This document shows positions 50,901 to 61,722 of a DNA stretch of 64,000 bases, piece after piece. The notes under the pieces were generated by a model. The model saw only the letters and a program-made list of their open reading frames with translations. It did not search any database and was not told where the DNA came from. A program made the translations under genes and the position numbers. How positions within the stretch are numbered: position 1 is the stretch's first letter; the number at the start of each line of letters is the position of its first letter. Source of the DNA: Trichoplax adhaerens (lineage: Eukaryota; Animalia; Placozoa); the NCBI RefSeq assembly GCF_000150275.1, contig NW_002060960.1, positions 696,469 through 760,468 of the forward strand, written 5' to 3'.

Positions 50901-53900
50901 ATTCAAATTTTTAATGTGGGTTAGAATATGTGTACGTCATTGCATAGGCACACGTAAAAGTGACTATTAAAGTTCCGAACTTATTGATATTTTCTAACGT
51001 ATGCTTTTTCAAGTAAATATAAAAACAGCAATGCAGACGACACCGTAGTCACAAACATAATGAATAGTATAAAGAAGCAGTCGCTAAGATAAACATAAAT
51101 ATATCTAAAAACTTATAGCTAACTCAATGAAAGTTTAATCCGTGCAATCATATGTAAGATGTTCGAATAAGATATTAAGTTTATATCGATGAATATAATT
51201 AAGCTAAGAGTTTTACATTAACTTCCAAAGCTCTTTTAAGCTATTTTATGTTTAAACAGAAATATATTGCAAACAGCTTTCAGTTTAATCCATAAAACTC
51301 TTTAATAATTATTCGTATCAAAGAATGGTATATATTATTACAATGATAAGCCTTGCTATGAATATAACAATTACGCTCATATTCTCTAAATAGTATCTAA
51401 TTAAGTAAGGATAAGATTTTAGCCTAGATCTAATCGAATCTATGAGGTAATATTATGGTTAAAAATAAAAATTTTATGATTTTGAATGATAGAATCTATT
51501 TAGCAAATTAAGATTTTTACTGCAATTTTATTCACATTGAAATATGAATACGCATTTATAGCAATATACTATGTAATAGATATAGTAATGCTTGTTAAGC
51601 AGATACCTACCAAATTTTACATTTATAAAATATTATAAGATTCTAATCTATTTATGATCGTAAACATGACGTGACGTTCTGGCTTAAAATATGAGCATAG
51701 CGGTTGTCGCAATATCTAATTAAGCTAAAGTATGACTAGTTTATTCATAGCTGAGTTCTTAGAAATATTTAAAGTTGCTTTCAGAACAAAATATGAATGG
51801 TATTATTATACTGTAGCATTAACTTGAATTTTAAATCTGATATACATGTAGCAGGAGGAAAGCTTCGCTGAATTATAAAAAACTATGCTTATCGGGAAGC
51901 TGAATTAATGTATTTAAATGATTTTCCCCCAAAATAGTGCAAATTTTAATCAAGGTCATTTGCAGCACCGATCTAATGTTTTCCTTGCACACCTGTACTT
52001 CTAACTAAACATTTTACCTCAATATCTATACCTTATCTATAGATTTATAAAATACGTCGGCTTATATTGCATGAATAATCGATGCAATCAAAGGGGATAT
52101 TATATGATATAAATACAATTACATCCATAATGAAGCCGCAGCTTTAATATATATATTTGTAGAGTACTTGTAAATAGCTTTATTTCATTTAGTTTAGCAG
52201 ATGAGTTAACGATATTAAATGAAATTGAATGCTCAGTCACAATCTTCACTTAGCCATAGTGTTTTTGCAATATTGCTAACAGTAACTATGAATGCATTAC
52301 TTACTCTTTCTGTTTTTCTAACTAGCAATTATCCCAAAGATGTACATAATTAAAATATTTTTGATTCGCTTAGTATCCTTTGCAGATTTATCAAACATAA
52401 AATTTATAATAAAAAGATTTTATAAACCTCTAGACGAAGATTAAACTCTATGAATTATCATATATGTTTTAAAATCTAACCATTCGCGACGTAAAGGCTT
52501 ACGGAATCAGTGACATTATATGTGCATATATTGTCTCTGTGAATATGCGTGTATAAAGCAGGTATAAACATATTTATGTTAATGTAGAAGGTCAGGGATG
52601 AATTGATTGTTAATAATAGAATATTAAGAATATCATCGTTGAGAATAATAAAATGATATGCGGGTAAAACAATGCAAGCAACAAGACACCAATAAGACAT
52701 GACTTTAATAATAACTGATTAAATAAGGGCAATCGCCATTTCAATTTTATGGCTGGTGATTTTTAATCCTGATTTTCTTTGATATCTAATGCTTAATTTC
52801 TAAATCTATGCATTAGGTACTAAACACTAAATGTTGACGTTTATTAATTTATTGTGACGGATAAACATTGAAAAATAGGAATGAAATTGATATTTGATTA
52901 TTGTTTTTATTACGAGCCCGATCGATAGTTGTTATGCATTAATTATAACATCGTTTAATTATAACGAAATGATAGGTCAAGGTGGTATAAAGTAAATTTT
53001 ATAGGGCTATAGGGCTAGTAAGTGATATGATCAATTTTAAGGTTGATCAATCGAGTCGGATTTATTACTTACGATAGAGTGCTTTAATTATTTTATGATC
53101 GTTATCATTTCAGTCATTTTCATCAAATAGGTGGGCAGCTAGAAAAGAATATAATTTGTGCGGCTTTTATAGATGATGAATTCAAGGTCAATCCTAATTG
53201 TTTTTGCATCAAACCATTAGTATTACTTTGTCAATCAGGGAATTTAACGAAATATTTGGTAATATTGCCTAACTCTTTACAATTTATTGTAGGTATATAA
53301 TAATCCATAAATTCAAGCTTAATCACAATAACTACAATGCGGTAACCTTAAATAACACCAGATGTTGTTTTTTATTGTGTTTTCTATAATTATTTATTTC
53401 GATTTCTATTTTCCAAGAAAATAGTTTTATAAATTTGTGATGATTTACTGCTATTCCAATACATTGTCTTTATTATCGCATGATTCATATTGTTGACATT
53501 GCGATTTTCTACTCCCTATAGTTCGCAAATAATACATGTTATGGCTAACCTGTGTTTTATTACAGCTTTGCAATTATCTTACCATTTGTAAAATATTTTA
53601 AACAATAGTATTAAAATTATTGACTTACATTAAGTCTTAGATTAAGTTTCCTATCAGACAGGGACTCGGACACTTTAGATCAATTGCCAACATATTGGTA
53701 ATATCAAGATACAGTTTTGTAGATAGAAGTCTTTTACCTTTCAATTGCTATCTCCATATGATGAAACCAAAATCAATTTCAATATATCTTTATGGCTGTA
53801 GTCCTCAATAGAATTGGGTTAGCATTATATAGTAACTTGTACTAATAAGATTGATGAATGTTTTGATCTAAAAGGTTAGTAATCAAAAGCTTAATGGATA

Positions 53901-55690
53901 ACAGCGATTTAATCTAAAATAGTTAGTTGAAGTTTTTAGTGATATGAGCATCCACTTAAGCTGTTACAGATTGATAGTTTTGTAAATTGATCGTATAGAT
54001 TTACGATATTGCCCTAAGATTGTGTTATTCTTTCAAATTTGCATGATGTTAAATTAGGGTTAAATCAGCTTTTATCTCTTTAAAGTTTAGTGATTTTAAG
54101 AAATAAATTACAGCAACAGTTGCTGACAATCTCGTTGTTGTACCTTGATTAACCATCACAACAATTGAATCGAATTTCGTCAGTGATATCATCAACTTTA
54201 TAGTGGAGAGAATTTTTGTAGTTGCACTTCTATTACTTCTCAGTGAGAAATTAATTTTCTTGTTCAATTAAACAGATTTAATTTTTTCTAATGCTAGGAA
54301 ATAAATATTTATTGCTATCCAGAAAACTTCAGTCTTGACAAGTTTTGTAGAGTGTCGAATCAATCCCTGGCAGAATCCTTAAAAACCTTAAGAACATTCA
54401 AATTTCACTTGGACAGCATGAGATGCAAATATCGTAACTGATTTTAAGAAGAATCATCTATTAACTTTATATCAATTATTAATATAATTATTGAAAAAAT
54501 TATTGATTTGGCTCGGAATAAACCACTTTTATACCTATCATTGGAATTTCGTGCTATAGGTTAATAACTTGCCACTCCAGTTGACAGACGATAAATAGTG
54601 TAAGAGAAGATTGGAGATAATCTAACGCTAAAGATTACATGTAAATTGAATACTTTATTGATGAAATTGCGAAATATTGTTTGGATGAGAAAAATTTACT
54701 GATTATTATCGTAAGAACTGATGAAAGCAAGCATTCAAGTAATAGAGCAATCGTTGGATCATTTTCACTACAAGAAATTAATCGCTTCTGCATTAGTCTT
54801 CTATAATATAATGACTTATTTATTATAGCTGACTATTAGTCATTTGTGTTGCGTCTATTTCATTCGGTAAAGAAAAAATAGAAGAAACTTTAACTCCATA
54901 TTTAAAGATCGATATCAGTATTTTCACTGTATTTGATATTATCAGCAGAAGCCCATCTTCTCCATACACAATAACCTGCTTGGCACTTTCCAAGATACAA
55001 AGTTTATTTAGCAACCTAGGGATAAGGAAGATAATTTTTTTTTTACATTTTAGAGCTATAAGGAGATAACTTGAAAAAAATTGATTTTGTCTATTTATTT
55101 TGGCTGTTATTTTTTATCCGCCATTAGTAGATTTCTATTTTTCAAGATATTCAGCCGAGGCCATTGTACTAACAAGAATTAATTGGATTTGATACCCTTC
55201 AGAAAAGGTGTTAACTTTCTAGTAAGCAACTAAAATATACAATAAAATTAATTAGAGTCTTCAATTGTCGAATGTTAAAAGAAACGTCCTCGGTGGTCCT
55301 GTATAGATAAAAGTTTAATGCGTATAATGAATTAAGAACCATAAGATTGTACTAGGCTCTATTGCACCTTTAACCTATTTAGAATCTTACAGCCTTTTAC
55401 ATGTCCATTTTATCAAAATACAGTATATCAAGCTAACTTAGGCTCATTACCGTATTTCGTCAATAAACTGTATTGAAAATTCTTTACTTGAAACAAGCAG
55501 TGCAATCAGTCTTGATCATTACGAATTTGACGTATTAAAATATTTCATGATATACGACTAATCACTACTTTAAAAAGGAATTTATCCAATTAAGTGCTAC
55601 TATATCAATATATTTATGAACTTTATCTCTAAGTGTAAAGGTCAGTGTCAATTATACTGGTAACCTGCTACTGCTGCTTCGAAAACCGTT

Positions 55691-57184
55691 ATGTCGCATA
55701 ATTTTACGGAGTGGAGCTTGTTTGGCCAAATTCATCAATTACTGTCATACACGGATTTATTTCTTCCCGATAGTAAGCAACTTGATATAATCATAGCGGT
55801 ATTAACACCGATGATCATTATGGATATGATTGTGTGCCTTCTTGGTATACTAATTAATATATTTATCATCAAGATTGCGCTTCGTGATCAATCTAATTTA
55901 AATGCAATTCAATGCTTGCTCGTCAATCTATCTTTAAGTTATACAGTATGTATTATTTTAGTTCTGCTGCAAAAATTAACAGTGGAAATTATCATCAATG
56001 TTCAAGTGGATAATATCGATCCCAATCTAGTTCTTTACTTATGTAAAGCAGTTATGATTATACAATTAGCGATATATAATACGGCTATGATCACTTTATC
56101 CGTCATATGCATCGAGCAATTACGCCAAATATCATTAACCTTTGGTCGTAAGTTAACGCGCAGTTTTACGTTGTCCTATGTTGTACCTTCAACTTGGTTT
56201 ATTGGGATTGCCATTGCGCTACCATTGATGAAATATGTTAATCCAACTGTACCTGAGGAATTATTTCTATGTGAAATTCAATACAACGTTGATCTTATAG
56301 GAAGTTTAATCTATATCATTTTCCTCGTGATCATGATATATTTATTACCTGGAACACTGGTCGTAGTTTGTTATGGTAAAATTGCTTATAAAATGAAGCA
56401 AAGTGATTGGGGACGATCAAGTGGTAAGCGATTAGCCAGGCCACGAGTTCGCTTTTCATCATCGCAGCTCCCGCAACAACAACAACATGGACCACAACAG
56501 GCACAGCCATCGCAACAATCACAGCAAATGCATCAATTACCTTTGCCTCGACGGCTGCCCAAGCTGCCTAGTCGTCGACGAAATGAATCTCTACCACAGC
56601 TACAGCAGCCTCTAACGTCACAACCATCACAACAGCTAAATCAATGTTTACAGCAGCCTTTGGAATCACTCCAACAACCATCATTGCAAAAATCGCAGCA
56701 GGATCAGCAGTCTCAGCAACCATCGCAATCTCAAACCCAACAAGAGGAACTTCAGCTACAGCCTGTTAAACTACAACGAAAGCGTATTTGTATTCGAAAT
56801 AGGAATTCTCCACTTTATCAATTAACGCCACGTCAGAAGCAACGACTTGAAATTTTACGACGTCGGAAAACGAAGATTATTCGCATGTTATATATCTTAA
56901 TTGCATTGTATTTGCTTTTTACTACGATATGGATCATAGTAACTTTATTATCTATTTTTATCATTCCTCGTCATGATGATAGCTATCATCACCTTTCTTA
57001 TCTTGTGCCTATTTTGTTAGAATCTGGCGACTTATTCTTTCTTTCTTCCTGTATCAGTATACCATTCCTCAATATCATTTATAATGATAAATTAAGGCAA
57101 GCATTGCCGACATGTTGGCGTTCGCATCGTCACTGGTCTATTAGTAATAACGTTATAACAGTTCGACCTGATCATTTAAAATAA
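55691..57184 (+). CDS. Divergent class A GPCR-like 7TM protein, 497 aa, with Gln/Pro/Ser-rich ICL3; single coding exon
   Basis: TM1 GILIN, TM2 LVNLSLS, TM3 LCK...ICIEQL, TM4 W......LP, ECL2 Cys (FLCE), TM5 YLLP...CY..I, a ~160-aa polar loop, TM6, then TM7 with a YNDKLRQAL helix-8-like segment. Confidence 0.85.
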   Translation: MSHNFTEWSLFGQIHQLLSYTDLFLPDSKQLDIIIAVLTPMIIMDMIVCLLGILINIFIIKIALRDQSNLNAIQCLLVNLSLSYTVCIILVLLQKLTVEIIINVQVDNIDPNLVLYLCKAVMIIQLAIYNTAMITLSVICIEQLRQISLTFGRKLTRSFTLSYVVPSTWFIGIAIALPLMKYVNPTVPEELFLCEIQYNVDLIGSLIYIIFLVIMIYLLPGTLVVVCYGKIAYKMKQSDWGRSSGKRLARPRVRFSSSQLPQQQQHGPQQAQPSQQSQQMHQLPLPRRLPKLPSRRRNESLPQLQQPLTSQPSQQLNQCLQQPLESLQQPSLQKSQQDQQSQQPSQSQTQQEELQLQPVKLQRKRICIRNRNSPLYQLTPRQKQRLEILRRRKTKIIRMLYILIALYLLFTTIWIIVTLLSIFIIPRHDDSYHHLSYLVPILLESGDLFFLSSCISIPFLNIIYNDKLRQALPTCWRSHRHWSISNNVITVRPDHLK

Positions 57185-59556
57185 TAAAAGTAAATTGTTT
57201 ATAGTAGGCACGATCCAATTATGAGCTAATTTGATATTAGGATCATATAAATTTAATATTTTTACTGTCAATCTAGTATGATCCAGTAACTGTGGACGAA
57301 TTTATTATAACAAGTGTAAAATGAAAATTAATATTTAAAATAACAATTTTTTCAACCTAGAGTAGGTGACAAAATTGAAGAAATATAAAATTCGAAAAGA
57401 GGGATATTACTTATTAATATCTTGTATAATCCTGATAAAGCTATAAATTATATAAATAATCTTCCAAGTCTTAAAAATTATGTTGCGACTAATATTGTAA
57501 TCGTGCTTGCAACAGTTAATTTCAATCAATGTATAACAAATGCTGAGTAGAATTGTGGTTGGTCTATAATAAACTTTATTTTTTGAAATTGCTGTTTTTG
57601 TATTGCTCTCAAATATAAGTAAAGCAGTAGAGGTTTGCGCTATTTGAACTAGGCTTCCATCACTAGACCAATAGCTTATCTTTTGAAGATGTAATTTAAA
57701 ACTCTTATCCTAATATGGAATACTCTGTATCAACTACAAATACACCACGAAAGCATGTGTAGTAGTAATGGATAATACTGATGAGGATAAATACAGTACG
57801 TATAGATGTATTAACGTTGTTGCTATAGCAATATTTCCATTTCTATTAAAAATAGCAGCTTCTGGTTGTTATCCTTTTTGCTGGTATAAGTGGGGAACAG
57901 ACTAGAGAGGTGGAGAGACTGAGAAGGTAAATAAACCTGTAATCTAAATAATCATTTTGTTCGTTGGTTTTTAGTGATACCCTATCAGTCTTTATATACC
58001 GCAATTTTTCATGACGTAACTTAGGCTTTATTAATATTGCGGCACTTATTGAAGTGAGATATGGTCTAGCACAATAATTTTGAGGATACACTATATGAAA
58101 TAGTTTTCTCGATATGTGTCAGCCATAAACGATATTTTAACACTTATTCAGGAAATGAAATAGCAATGTATTCTATAAGATTTTAGTGACGTCTAGATCA
58201 TATTTTAATAATTTATGTGCTTCTAATGCAAGACTAAAATTGAATTTGCACGCATGCCTGTGTTATTCAATAATTTTGATGTGTTTTTAAATGATCTGAT
58301 AGAATAGATAAAGTAGGATTTAGTATTTACGATAATTTGTTTTCCCGCTTCGGTAACCAGTGACAAAAAGCCTATTGTACGTGCTTTTCTATACAGTAGA
58401 AAATACTAAATTATTGATAGTGTGTCAACCTGAAAACTGTAAGTTAGAGTATTCTGAGAAAGCAGAGGGTAAGAAAAATGTCATCACTTCTTAATGTAAT
58501 CAATTCTCATTGCTTCTTTTGCTATGAATAATGATTTGAAAACAAATATTGCCATTATGAACATTATTTTTTACCTCCTAAATTCTAGTCATACACGGTA
58601 ACTCGGCAATATTTAGATCTACATTATACCCTAGAATCAGTATTTTATTTACGAAGGTAAAGGCGAAGAGCATCTGCTTATTTTACCAAGACATAGCTTC
58701 TAAACACTGCTCTGACTCGATTCCATTTGAATTTGATATTCGAGGTTGGATCTAAAATAATTCTATCATATAGGCTAGAGATAAGCAATTTAAAATCTTA
58801 AATTGCCACGATCATAGTAAAGAGGATAACAATTAAAACTTTGGTAGTTTCTAGTATTAAAATTATCATTAGTACGAAACGCAAGCCGATCGTATATTTT
58901 ACAAAATCAAGGATCATTTCACTGACTTTGTAAATTCAAGGTTTTATTAAACTAGCGAAATAATAAATACAAAATTGTATTATACGGTATTTTTATTCTT
59001 GTTACATCTATTGGACTCAGGCGTCAATTCTATAAGCAACTTATATTGCGAAACGTGGAGAATAGAGATAAAATTTAATAATATAATTGCCATTCAGTTT
59101 CGATATAAACGAAGCTGTTAAGTTGTAATTAACAAGACCAAGAGTATCGGTACGATATTAGCGTTTTGCATTGCTGTAATAATAACATGTCGAGAATTGC
59201 ACTACCTTAGTTTATGTTACTAATTTAATTTATTCAATATTCAAATTCACATGGAATGGTCCATAGATAAATAGAAGATTTTAGATTGGATTACTATAAG
59301 TTTGATTACGATAGTTCTATGAATTTATTTACAGCATAAAATTGAACTGTAGCAATAGCCCTTATAGCGTATCAGAATTATTCATTCTAAGAAATATTTT
59401 CATAACTTTAAACAAAAATACCTGTCAGGAAAAAAATAGCCTATTGACAGGTCATCATAGCGTAATTTAAAGTATTTTTGTTCGGAAAAGGAATTATATT
59501 TACCGTATTTAGTGAGATTCTTGATTAAGTTTTCTCGACGATGAAGAAATAAACGA

Positions 59557-61722
59557 TTAATAAATTTCTACTGTCTTATCATTTTCTTTTTTATTGGATA
59601 GTAATTGTAAATTAGAGTGGAGAGTTGAGGCATTCTTACGCATTTGATTAGCATCAGTAACATAATTTAGATTATCATACACTTTTGCTATATTATCGTA
59701 TGCATCAGCTACAGTCGGATGATTTTCATCGTACAGTTGGATAAAGGCATTAAGAGACTCTTGAAACATAGATAGGGCATCAGGATAGTTTGATTGCTGA
59801 TAATAAGATTGCCCAAGGTTATGATAAGACTTGGCAATATCTAGATGAATGTTTTCGTAAATTTCTAATCTCATGTTTAAAGATTTCTTATAAGCTGATA
59901 TCGCATTACTATATTTATGTTGCGAATAATATACGTTGCCAATCTCATGATAGGAATCGGCAACATCCAAGTTACAATTACTCAAGATTTCCAATCTAAT
60001 TGATAGAGACTTATGATGTAAAGATAAAGCCTTATTGTACTTTAGTTGGCTTCTGTAGACAGAACCAAGTTTATAATAAGATTTTGCCACAGCGCTACTA
60101 GCATTGCCCATGATGGCTAATCTTATGCTAAGTGATTTTTCTAACATTCCTATCGCGTCATTGTTTTTGCCCTGGATGTGATAAATTGTTCCGATTTCGT
60201 AATATAAGCTTGCCGCATCTAAATTATCACTACCTCGTAAGTCCAACAGTATATCTAGGGATTTTTGAAATCTTAACTTTGCAAGATCATATTGTTCGAG
60301 CACACAGTAGATATTACCAAGAGAACGATAAATAGCTGCTACATGTATATTTTTCATACCAAGAACGTCTAATTTAATTTCTAACGCTTTTTGATATAAT
60401 GATAGGGCATCATTATGTTTACCTTGCTTGGTGAGTATATTTCCAATTTCATTGTATGAAGCAGCAACATCCAAGGTATTGCTTCCTAAATCCGCTAACT
60501 TAATACTTAGACATTGCTGATGCATTTTTAAGGCATCGTTGTATCTTTGTTGCTTCATATAGATACTTCCAATTGCGTGATAAGAATCGGCAGCATGTAA
60601 ATTATTATCATCCAACAATTTCAAAATAATATTAAGACATTTTTGATGCAGGGTTAGAGCATCATGTTGCTGATTATTAAGGTGAAAGATATTACCAAGG
60701 CAATAGTATGATGCTGCAATGTCTAAGTGATCATCTCCTAATATATCTAGTCGAATTTTCAATGATTTTTCGTGCATTGATAAAGAATTTTTATATTGAC
60801 CTTGTATACCGTAGATAATTCCAATTTCGTGGTAAGAGGATGCTACATCTAAATGACTATTACCGACTATTTCCAATCTAGTTTCGAGGGATGTATTGTG
60901 TAATGCAAGAGCATCATTAATTTTACCCTGCCTCCAGTAGACGGCTCCCATTTCATGATACGAGTTAGCAACGGGTAAGCTTGCATTGTCTAACAAACAC
61001 AATTTCATGCTGAGGGATTTTTGATGCATTACTAAAGCATCGATGTATTGACGCTGTAAGCAGTAAATACTACCAAGTCGATGATACGATGACGCAAGAC
61101 GTAAATTAGCAGTATCTTCGAATAAATTCAATCTAATAGTTAAAGATTTGTTATAGAAGGCTAGAGCATTTTGATGCTTACATTTTTTCTTATATACATC
61201 TCCAATATTATCATAAGTATCACTAATATCAATATGGTTATGCGGTAAAATAAGTAACTTAATATCTAATGATTGATTAAAATAATCAAATGCTTCTTGA
61301 AGGCTATTTTTCATAAAACTGATTTTTCCTTTTGCATCAAAGCAATTCGCAGTCCTGACACGATCATCCAGCTTGCTAGCTAAAACTTCAGAACATAGAA
61401 TATGCTCATTAGCTTGATCATATAAGCCTTGTTCATGATATGTACTAGCAATTTGAAGGCCGATATCACATTGAAGTTCGTCTCGTTCATCAACAGCATC
61501 CATAAATGTATTTAACATATCATAGCTTCGTTGAAAATGGATTCTAGCTTTCTGGTAACAACCCTTTTCGAATAAATTATGAGCCGAAGTTAGAACTGAT
61601 AGAATATCGTCCATTGCATTTTTACCGTTGAAGAAACTTCGCGTTGAACTGGATTGAATATGTTGAATTTTACGATTACCAACATGTGGATACTTTGATG
61701 ACAGGCTCACAATATCACCCAT
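59557..61722 (-). CDS. Intronless TPR-array protein (about 13 regular 42-aa kinesin-light-chain/NPHP3-type TPRs plus ~3 divergent N-terminal TPRs)
   Basis: 721-aa ORF with the recurring consensus GxxxLDVAxSYxxIGxIYxxQxKYxxALxxHQKSLxIRLxIL. No other domain is recognisable. Confidence 0.92.
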   Translation of the reverse strand: MGDIVSLSSKYPHVGNRKIQHIQSSSTRSFFNGKNAMDDILSVLTSAHNLFEKGCYQKARIHFQRSYDMLNTFMDAVDERDELQCDIGLQIASTYHEQGLYDQANEHILCSEVLASKLDDRVRTANCFDAKGKISFMKNSLQEAFDYFNQSLDIKLLILPHNHIDISDTYDNIGDVYKKKCKHQNALAFYNKSLTIRLNLFEDTANLRLASSYHRLGSIYCLQRQYIDALVMHQKSLSMKLCLLDNASLPVANSYHEMGAVYWRQGKINDALALHNTSLETRLEIVGNSHLDVASSYHEIGIIYGIQGQYKNSLSMHEKSLKIRLDILGDDHLDIAASYYCLGNIFHLNNQQHDALTLHQKCLNIILKLLDDNNLHAADSYHAIGSIYMKQQRYNDALKMHQQCLSIKLADLGSNTLDVAASYNEIGNILTKQGKHNDALSLYQKALEIKLDVLGMKNIHVAAIYRSLGNIYCVLEQYDLAKLRFQKSLDILLDLRGSDNLDAASLYYEIGTIYHIQGKNNDAIGMLEKSLSIRLAIMGNASSAVAKSYYKLGSVYRSQLKYNKALSLHHKSLSIRLEILSNCNLDVADSYHEIGNVYYSQHKYSNAISAYKKSLNMRLEIYENIHLDIAKSYHNLGQSYYQQSNYPDALSMFQESLNAFIQLYDENHPTVADAYDNIAKVYDNLNYVTDANQMRKNASTLHSNLQLLSNKKENDKTVEIY

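Noticed and set aside
52373-52381. U12-type donor motif GTATCCTTT (and GTATCCTTA at 2311)
   Set aside because: No supporting exon context. About one such match is expected by chance in a window of this size and composition.
57819-57832. X-box-like GTTGCTATAGCAAT
   Set aside because: Single motif between two convergent gene 3' ends, with no accompanying promoter motifs.
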